Notes under the pieces: generated by a model | Told to the model about the DNA's origin: nothing | What the model saw: the letters and a program-made list of their open reading frames with translations, nothing else | Database searches by the model: none | Assembly: GCA_963836075.1 (NCBI GenBank) | Contig: CAWIIB010000006.1 | Location: forward strand, 1 to 10,935 | Direction: 5' to 3' | Length of the DNA: 10,935 nt | Source of the DNA: an uncultured Acidobacteriota bacterium | GTDB taxonomy: Bacteria; Acidobacteriota; JAQAZP01 | Position numbers and translations under genes: made by a program | Shown: positions 1 through 7,071 of the stretch, one piece after another | Numbering within the stretch: position 1 is the stretch's first letter | Layout: every line of letters begins with the position of its first letter

Positions 1-621
1 CCCGGGCGGAGGATGCGGTGGTGCCCTTCGAGTGCCTCTCCCGGGTGGACTGCGTGGACCAGGACACCATCGACGCCCTGAAGCAGATCAACTGCTTCCG
101 CATCTGGTACGGGCGGAGTCAGGGGAGCAGCGGGTGATTGACCGGATGAACAAGAAGTTCACCATCGAGCAGGTGCGGCAGGCCACGGCGATGACCCGGA
201 AGGCCGGGATCCAGGTGGGTCACTTCATCATGCTCGGCTATCCGGGCGAGACCCGGCGGGACATCCTCTCCACCATCCGCTTCCTCAAGGAGACCCGGCC
301 CGACCACTTCGGTCCCTCGGTGGCTTTTCCGATCAAGGGCACGGCGTTCTACGAGGAGGTCGGGAACGGGTGGTGGAGGACCAGGTCTGGTCCCAGCGCA
401 ACCAGAACCGGCTGATGTTTCGCGGGCGCTACCCGGCGCTCTTCTACTGGTTCGCCATCCGCCTGGTGAACAACGAGGTGCCGCTGTTCAACCGCTACCT
501 GCCCGGCTGGCGCAATCCGCTCAACCTGTTTCGCGCCGTCTCCGCTGGGATCAAGTCCGCTGGTCTGCCGTGCCGGCACCCTGGCCATCCACCTGCTCTA
601 TCGCCGACGTCTCCGACCTGA
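1..621 (+). CDS. Radical SAM protein, B12-binding/class B-like, C-terminal half (5' part outside window; 2 apparent frameshifts)
   Basis: Stitching frames 3>2>1 gives ...FECLSRVDCVD...CFRIWYGAESGEQRVIDRMNKKFT...FIMLGYPGETRRDILST...AFPIKGTAFY.... The GxESG, GxPGET and PxxGT motifs are typical of the SAM barrel in cobalamin-binding radical SAM enzymes. Frame changes fall at GGG runs (111-113, 362-364). The CxxxCxxC motif is not in the window, and the exact C-terminus is uncertain. Confidence 0.8.
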
Positions 622-646
622 CATCCATCGAATCCGCCATGTCTGC

Positions 647-675
647 TTGTTACTTTCCCTGTTGAGTGGTATGGT
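647..675 (+). promoter_or_regulatory. Candidate sigma70 promoter for wecA
   Basis: TTGTTA (647-652), 17-nt spacer, TG at 667-668 (extended -10) and TATGGT (670-675), in an AT-enriched intergenic region. Confidence 0.4.
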
Positions 676-922
676 TCGTCACGAGAAAAAAAACCACCAT
701 CGATTCTATTTCAGCGTATTGGAGCCGGGCCTGGGGTGGCCTCGGGACTATTTGCTGCGCCAATCATCGAAAAAATCATTCATGTCGGAAGATATATGTT
801 TCGATGGAAACAGTGTTGGCCATAAGGAAATACTTCCGGCGAACAATTACGGGACAGATCGGTGGTTCCCCGGGGACGTGGTCTGGGATGTGCAAGACGC
901 CGATTGATGGTCGAGTGGTTTC

Positions 923-2462
923 ATGAAGACATATCTGGCACTCTTTCTTTCTTCGGCCTGTATCTCGTGTTGCCTGACACCGCTGATTCTTCGGTTCAGC
1001 GAAAAGTACGGTATCGGTCAGGATCCCACCGGGGAGCGGAAGGTCCATGCCCGGTCGATTCCGCGGCTGGGCGGCATCGCCATCTTCCTCTCGGTTATCG
1101 CCACCCTCTCACTGCTCCTTTTTTATGACAACGGAATCACCAAGGTCTTCAGCATCCATCTCAGTGACATCCAGGTGCTCTTCATCCCGGCCACGATGCT
1201 CTTCCTCGTCGGTCTTTATCGATGACCTGCGCGGTTTGAACCCCTGGTTCAAGCTCACGACCCAGGTCGTTTGCGGCCCTGCTCTGTTTCTGGCTCGGCC
1301 TGCGCATCGAACTGGTCACCAACCCGTTCAGCGGTGAGTCCGTGGCCCTGGGATGGCTGGCCCTGCCGGTGACCGTGCTCTGGCTGGTGGGTGTGACCAA
1401 TGCCTTCAACATGGTGGACGGGATGGATGGCCTGGCCGGCGGGTTGGCCTGTTTGATCTCCATGTCGGTGGGCCTGATGGCCCTGCTCAACGGCCGGGTC
1501 GCTGGTGGCCATTTTCACGGTGACCATCGTCGGCGCCACATGGGCTTTCTGCGCTTCAACTTTCATCCGGCACGAATCTTCATGGGTGACGGCGGCAGCT
1601 ACTTCCTTGGTTTCCTGCTCGCCGCCATGGCGGTTCGAACCGGGGAGAAGAGTTCCTTTATCGTCTCCATCGCCATCCCGCTGCTGGTCCTCGGGGTGCC
1701 GATCCTCGAAACGGGGGTGACCATTCTGCGGCGGCTGCTTGCCGGGAAACCGCTGTTCAAGGCCGATGGCGGGCACATCCACCACATGCTGCTGCGGGGC
1801 GGGGTTTCCCATCGGGTGATCGTTCTGGTCATGTACCTGGCCACGGCGATGTTCGGCCTCGCCGCTTTCGTTCTGGTGGTCAACCGCACCATGGGCATCG
1901 CGGTGATCATGGTATTGGTCAGTTGCTGCTGGCGTTGATTTTCACCCGCCTGGGCTATCATGAGTTCAGGGAATTCGGCGACCTGATGGAACGGGCCTTC
2001 TTCTTCCAGCGCCGGATCCTCTCCAACCAGATATTCATCCGCGCCGCGGCCAGCAAGTTGACCGAGTCCGAAAGACCCTGCCGAACTGTTCGGTCAGCTC
2101 GGTCCTGTTGTTCCACCGTCTCGGGTTCTGCCGGGCCCAGCTCAATGTGGCGGTGGCCTGCAAGGATCCGGACTGGCGGATGTTCAACTGGGACTGGTCC
2201 CCCGGTGAGACAAGCGTGGCCGACCTTCCCGGCAACGGCTGTCCCGATGGAGAGAAGGTCTGGTCGCTGGAATACCCCTGGCCACCGACCAGCAGACTCC
2301 GGGCGCGGCTCCAGCTGAGCCGGCTCGCTGGGTTCACCGTCTCTACTTCCAGGTCTACTCCCTGGTCGGACCTCCTCGGGGGGCAGCTCCACGATGCGCT
2401 GATGCTCTTCACTCCGCAGGAATACGATGACTATTTCAGGGAGCGTCGGGCATCATGGCTGA
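923..2462 (+). CDS. wecA: Undecaprenyl-phosphate GlcNAc-1-phosphate transferase (WecA/TagO/MraY, glycosyl transferase family 4) with C-terminal soluble extension; at least 7 apparent frameshifts; end approximate
   Basis: Motifs [45 protein letters not shown] and HIHH, plus many hydrophobic helices, are spread over ORFs 923-1225, 1047-1337, 1342-1938, 1505-1720, 1923-2318 and 2108-2815. Frame changes occur at about 1216, 1271, 1498, 1540, 1922, 2072 and 2103. The true stop cannot be fixed; TGA 2460-2462 is a guess. Confidence 0.85.
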
Positions 2463-2676
2463 AGTCGGCGGGCCGCCGCCGGGGCGACCGCGCTGGAACC
2501 GGACGAGTGCCGGCCCTCCCATGCTTTTTCCGCGGGTCACAGCGCCGTCCGCTCTGCTTCACGCATGCGCCGCCACAGATTCGCATCGATCCTCCGGCGG
2601 CGCTGAAGCCGTCTCCGGTCGCACCAGCGCGCACGGTGATGACACCCGTTCGGTGCCCCTGGACCGGCAAAAGTGT

Positions 2677-2706
2677 TGGACAGCGAGAGAGCGCATCTGC
2701 TACCAT
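2677..2706 (+). promoter_or_regulatory. Candidate sigma70 promoter for the degT-hddA pair
   Basis: TGGACA (2677-2682), 18-nt spacer ending in TGc (extended -10) and TACCAT (2701-2706), followed by an AT-rich stretch. Confidence 0.35.
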
Positions 2707-2811
2707 TGCCGCTCTGCAACCAATTATGAATACAGTCAGTTATGCCATGTGGTGTGCGAGATCCCGATCCGGCCGGCACCTGGCGGGGATGAAGAACGCA
2801 TGGGGAGCGAC

Positions 2812-4022
2812 ATGAGCGGAAAAACCGGGAGTAGTCACCATACGGCCGGCGTGCCATTGCTCGACCTGAAGGCCCAGTATGCCTCCATCCGGTCCGAGGT
2901 GGACGCGGCGGTGCGGTCGGTCTGCGAGAGCCAGTATTTCATTCTCGGCCCGGAGGTCAAGGGCCTCGAGCAGGAGACCGCGGCCTATTGCGGCTGCCGC
3001 CATGCCGTCGGCGTCTCCAGCGGCACCGATGCCCTGCTGGCGGCGCTGATGGCCTGCGGAGTGGGGCCCGGCGACGAGGTGATCACCACGCCCTACACCT
3101 TTTTCGCCACCGCCGGCAGCATCGCCCGGCTGGGCGCCGTCCCGGTCTTTGCCGACATCGACCCGGTGAGCTTCAACATCGACCCGAACCTGATCGAGGC
3201 ATTGATCACCCGGAAGACAAGGGCGATCCTGCCGGTGCACCTCTATGGCCAGGCCGCCGACATGGACCCGATCCTCGCCCTGGCCGACGCGCACGGCATT
3301 CCGGTGATCGAGGATGCGGCCCAGGCCATCGGCACCGAATACAAGGGCCGCCGGGCCGGGCAGCATGGGCCGCGTGGGCTGCTTCAGCTTCTTCCCCAGC
3401 AAGAACCTGGGCGGCTTTGGCGACGGCGGCCTGGTGACCACCAATGATGACGAACTGGCCGTGCGGCTCCAGGAACTGCGGATGCACGGCAGCGAGAAGA
3501 AATACTACCACCACATGGTGGGCGGCAACTTCCGGCTGGACGCCCTGCAGGCCGCGGTGCTGCGGGTCAAGCTGCGCTACCTCGACGGCTGGACCGAGGG
3601 CCGCCAGCAGAACGCCGCGACCTACAACCGGCTGTTCATCGAGGCCGGGCTGGTGGACCCGGAGCGGGCGATTATTTCCCTGCCGCTGGAGTCGCCGGTC
3701 TTCGGCAGCGGCAGCCCGCGTGGTGACCGGCCGATAGCCGCGGGCCACCGCCACATCTACAACCAGTACGTGATCCGCTGCCACCGGCGCGACGAGCTGC
3801 GCGACCACCTCCAGGGCACTGAAGATCGGCTGCGAGATCTATTACCCGGTGCCGCTGCACCTGCAGGAGTGCTTCTCCAGCCTCGGCGGAAAACCGGGGC
3901 AGTTCCCGGTGAGCGAACTGGCTGCCGCACAGACCCTGGCCCTGCCCATCTTCCCCGAACTGGGGCAGGAACGGATCGAGACCGTGGTCCGCGCCATTGC
4001 CGATTTTTACAGGAAAGCGTGA
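2812..4022 (+). CDS. DegT/DnrJ/EryC1/StrS family PLP-dependent sugar aminotransferase (2 apparent frameshifts)
   Basis: GGGGAG RBS at 2802-2807 precedes ATG 2812. Motifs [46 protein letters not shown] (PLP lysine), [13 protein letters not shown] and LALPIFPEL are present. An extra G is seen at 3358-3360 and at 3814-3816. Stop is TGA 4020-4022. Confidence 0.93.
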
Positions 4023-4025
4023 GCC

Positions 4026-5015
4026 GTGATTATCACCCAGACCCCCCTGCGTGTCAGCCTGGCCGGTGGCGGTACCGATTTCCCCGACTACTTTCGCCGG
4101 GAGGGGACCACGTTCGTCAGCACCGCCATCGACAAGTATGTCTTCGTGATCATCAAGGAACGGTTCGACGATCTGATCGTCCTCAACTACTCGGACCGCG
4201 AGATCGTGGAGCGCGTGGACCAGATCGGTCACGACCTGATTCGCGAGGCGATGCGGATCACCGGCATCGAGAAGGGCGTGGAGATCACCACTCTGGCCGA
4301 CATCCCCTCAGAAGGATGCGGCCTGGGCTCGTCGAGCAGCATCACGGTTGGACTGCTCAATGCCTTTTACGCCTATAACGGTGAGCAGGTGACGGCGGAG
4401 CGCCTGGCCCGGGAGGCGGTGAAGATCGAGGTGGATACCCTCGGCCGCCCCATCGGCATCCAGGACCAGTACATCGCCGCCTACGGCAACCTCCGCCGCT
4501 TCGACGTGGGGGTGGACGGCGGGGTGGACTGCCGGCGCATCGGGATCAGCGAGGGCGACAAGCGGCGTCTCGGTGAACAGCTGATGCTCTGGTATCTCAA
4601 TTCCACCCGCAGCGCGGCCAGCGTTCTGGAATCCCAGAAAGAGAATATCGGCAACCGCATCGCGCAGCTGGATGCCCTTCGCGCGCTGGTGCCGGGGGTG
4701 GAGGCAAGCCTGCTGGCCGGGCGGATCGACGACGTGGGCCGGGCGCTGCACGATGGGTGGCGCATCAAGCGGGAACTGGCCGACACCATCTCCAACCAGG
4801 GTATCGACCGGCTCTACGACATGGCGTGCGAGGCGGGCGCCCTGGGGGGCAAGGTGGTGGGTGCGGGCGGGGGCGGTTTTCTCCTGCTCTACTGCCCCCG
4901 GGAACGCCAGGACCGTTTGCGCGAGGCCTTCTCCGGGTATCGCGAACTGCCCTTCGGTCTCGAGCGGGACGGGAGCAAGGTGATCTTCAACGTCCTGCGC
5001 TACTCGACGAAGTGA
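4026..5015 (+). CDS. hddA: GHMP sugar kinase, D-glycero-D-manno-heptose-7-phosphate 1-kinase (HddA)-like
   Basis: Intact 329 aa ORF with [14 protein letters not shown]-terminus, [14 protein letters not shown]-binding loop, GIQDQY and [12 protein letters not shown]. It starts 3 nt after the degT stop. The family call is strong; the exact substrate is inferred. Confidence 0.85.
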   Translation: MIITQTPLRVSLAGGGTDFPDYFRREGTTFVSTAIDKYVFVIIKERFDDLIVLNYSDREIVERVDQIGHDLIREAMRITGIEKGVEITTLADIPSEGCGLGSSSSITVGLLNAFYAYNGEQVTAERLAREAVKIEVDTLGRPIGIQDQYIAAYGNLRRFDVGVDGGVDCRRIGISEGDKRRLGEQLMLWYLNSTRSAASVLESQKENIGNRIAQLDALRALVPGVEASLLAGRIDDVGRALHDGWRIKRELADTISNQGIDRLYDMACEAGALGGKVVGAGGGGFLLLYCPRERQDRLREAFSGYRELPFGLERDGSKVIFNVLRYSTK

Positions 5016-5112
5016 CCAAATCCCCAGCTTGCGGCCCGAAAGCAGCGATGGCGGATTCCTTGAATCTCAGGCGAGCTTCAGTCCGTAGCCGCGATCCAGC
5101 CGGTGAAAACGG

Positions 5113-5874
5113 TCAGTCAAGCAGTGACTGGCCGTCCTCACGGAAGAGCGCCGGCCGGCAGATCCCCAGCCGCTGTCCCAGACCGAGCAGGGACGTCCAC
5201 ATGACTCCCAGCCCATAGACCACACTGCGGCGGAAATTGATCGAAGACGATTCCTGCTGGTAGCGGCAGGGGCAGGAGACTTCGGCGATGCGGTAGCCCC
5301 GCATGATCACCTGGGCCAGCATCTGGTTGTCGAAGAGGAAGTCGTCCGAGTTGTCCTTCAGCGGCAGCGAGAGCAGCACCTCCCGGCTGAACGCCCGGTA
5401 CCCGGTGTGGTATTCGGAGAGCTTGTGCCCCAGCAGCAGGTTCTGAAACAGGGTCAGCAGGCGGTTGGATAAGTATTTGTAGACCGGCATGCCGCCGCGG
5501 AGCGCACCCACACCGAGAATGCGAGATCCCAGGGCCACGTCGAATTCACCGCAGGCGATGGCCGAGCAGAGGGTGGTGGCCAGTTTCGGCGTGTACTGGT
5601 AATCGGGGTGGATCATCACCACGATGTCCGCGCCGCGCTCCAGCGCCGCCCGGTAGCAGGTTTTCTGGTTGCCGCCATATCCCAGGTTGCGCGGGTGCCG
5701 GATGACCTCCACGCCCAGGTCCGCGGCCACGGCAGCGGTGCGGTCCGAGCTGGCGTCATCGACCAGGATCACCGTGTCGGCCGCCTCGGCGGGGATCTCT
5801 GCCACCGTGCGGGCCAGTGTTTTCTCGGCGTTGTAGGCCGGCAGCACCACCACGATTTTTTTGCCCAGGATCAT
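5113..5874 (-). CDS. Glycosyltransferase family 2, polyprenol-phosphate-sugar (DPM) synthase-like
   Basis: Intact 253 aa ORF with VVLPAYNAE, VDDASSD, NLGYGGNQK, HPDYQY, LGSR and TGYRAFSR motifs. GGAGCAGG lies upstream of the ATG. Confidence 0.92.
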   Translation of the reverse strand: MILGKKIVVVLPAYNAEKTLARTVAEIPAEAADTVILVDDASSDRTAAVAADLGVEVIRHPRNLGYGGNQKTCYRAALERGADIVVMIHPDYQYTPKLATTLCSAIACGEFDVALGSRILGVGALRGGMPVYKYLSNRLLTLFQNLLLGHKLSEYHTGYRAFSREVLLSLPLKDNSDDFLFDNQMLAQVIMRGYRIAEVSCPCRYQQESSSINFRRSVVYGLGVMWTSLLGLGQRLGICRPALFREDGQSLLD

Positions 5875-5910
5875 GGTTCAACCTGCTCCGCCGAAATGCG
5901 ATACCGCTGA

Positions 5911-5940
5911 ATCATAATGCCCGGCGGCGGATCTTGGCAA
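5911..5940 (-). promoter_or_regulatory. Candidate sigma70 promoter for the GT2 gene
   Basis: On the minus strand: TTGCCA (5940-5935), 18-nt spacer, TATGAT (5916-5911), ending 36 nt upstream of the start codon. Confidence 0.5.
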
Positions 5941-5961
5941 GAAAGCGGCTTGAAGCGCCGA

Positions 5962-5970
5962 TGATATACT
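5962..5970 (+). promoter_or_regulatory. Candidate extended -10 promoter for the DMT gene
   Basis: TGaTATACT, with no good -35 element at 17 nt. Confidence 0.3.
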
Positions 5971-5990
5971 GTCTTGCCCCCGGTCGCACC

Positions 5991-6103
5991 CGTCATTGCG
6001 AGGGGGCCAGCGCAACGCGGACGACGCGGCAACTCATCTCTCTTCACCGTGCAGTGCTTTGAGATCGCCATGTCGCAGGCTCCGCCTGCTCCTCGCGATG
6101 ACA
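5991..6103. repeat. CGTC-tagged / RPE-like palindromic element (REP/MITE-like)
   Basis: Terminal inverted repeat GTCATTGCGAGGGG (5992-6005) / CTCCTCGCGATGAC (6089-6102), 12/14 Watson-Crick pairs plus 2 G-U. Inner arms are CGACGCGGC...ATCTC / GAGAT...GCCATGTCG, with a small hairpin GCAGGC-tcc-GCCTGC (6075-6089). This matches the familiar GTCATTGCGAG...CTCGCAATGAC repeat layout. Confidence 0.75.
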
Positions 6104-6157
6104 ATGGGCATCAGGTGACTGTGAACCAGGTGACAGCCTTCATTTTTTGAGGAGCCG

Positions 6158-7063
6158 ATGAAACAGACAGCACAGCCTGTCGACTTCCGGGTGCACCTGG
6201 GATTGTTGTTCATCCAGGTCACCTTCGGTGGTTTTCACGTCATGGGCAAGTATGTTCTGGCGACCCTTCACCCCTTTGCCGTGGCCGGTGCGCGGGTGGT
6301 GGTGGCCATGCCGGTGCTGATGGCGCTGGCCTGGCTGGTCGACCGGACCATTCCCGCATGGCGGGACATGCCGCGGCTGGCCCTGCTGGGCCTGTTGGGC
6401 GTGTTCGCCAACCAGCTGCTGTTCATCATCGGCCTGCAGTACACCACTGCGATCAACGCCGGCATCCTGATGCCCTCCATTCCGGTTTTTTCCGTGGCCC
6501 TGGCGGCGCTGTTCGGCCAGGGCCGTCTGGAAGCCCGCCGTCTGGTCGGCATCGGCCTCGCCGTGGCCGGTGCGCTGGTGATGCTCGACGTCACCCGGTT
6601 CGATCTGGGCGGCGGTGGGGAATTGCTGGGCAACGGGCTGATCCTCAGCAACTGTCTCTGCTACTCCGCCTTCCTGGTGCTGCAGAAACCACTGCTCGGG
6701 CGTCTGCCCCCGCTCACCGTCATCGCCTGGTCCTTTCTCTTCGGCGGTGCGGGCGTGCTGGTGGTCACGGCGGGCCGGCTGCCGGAACTCAATCCGGTTA
6801 CATTACCCACCCCGATACTGATGGGGATGATCTACGTGGTGCTGGTGCCCACGGTGATCAACTATGCCCTGGCCACCTGGGCGGTGAAGCGGTCCTCGCC
6901 GGCCCTGGTGGCGGCCTACATCACCCTCCAGCCGGTGGCGGCCGGCGGGCTGGCCATGCTGTTTCTCGGGGAGCGGGCGGGACTGCGGGAACTGCTGGGG
7001 TTCGTGCTCATCGTTCTGGGGTTGATCACGGTGAGCCGTCAGAGGTCGGCGGGCCGGGAGTGA
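6158..7063 (+). CDS. DMT superfamily (EamA-like) transporter
   Basis: Intact 301 aa ORF with about 10 hydrophobic helices in two repeats. Segments GLQYTTAINAGIL..SIPVF and YITLQPV..LFLGE are typical. GAGGAG lies at 6149-6154. Confidence 0.92.
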   Translation: MKQTAQPVDFRVHLGLLFIQVTFGGFHVMGKYVLATLHPFAVAGARVVVAMPVLMALAWLVDRTIPAWRDMPRLALLGLLGVFANQLLFIIGLQYTTAINAGILMPSIPVFSVALAALFGQGRLEARRLVGIGLAVAGALVMLDVTRFDLGGGGELLGNGLILSNCLCYSAFLVLQKPLLGRLPPLTVIAWSFLFGGAGVLVVTAGRLPELNPVTLPTPILMGMIYVVLVPTVINYALATWAVKRSSPALVAAYITLQPVAAGGLAMLFLGERAGLRELLGFVLIVLGLITVSRQRSAGRE

Positions 7064-7071
7064 GGCCGACC

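Noticed and set aside
647-1128. ORFs 647-907, 666-926, 776-1048(-) and 862-1128
   Set aside because: No recognisable motifs and atypical codon usage. They overlap the candidate promoter/leader or the real wecA frame.
2342-2368. Imperfect tandem repeat TCTACTTCCAGGT / TCTACTCCCTGGT
   Set aside because: Only two copies, inside the probable wecA tail coding region (LYFQVYSLV), so likely chance.
2455-2811. Cys-rich N-terminal extension of the DegT ORF (C..CYHC..CHVVC), a possible zinc finger
   Set aside because: A good RBS precedes ATG 2812, family homology begins just after it, and the Cys-rich part coincides with the AT-rich candidate promoter.
5016-5112. Expected bidirectional terminator between hddA and GT2
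   Set aside because: No convincing stem-loop with a U-tract on either strand.
5817-6222. Short ORFs 5817-6062, 5871-6104 and 6034-6222
   Set aside because: They are translations of the palindromic repeat and promoter region (RHCE and VIARS peptides), not credible genes.
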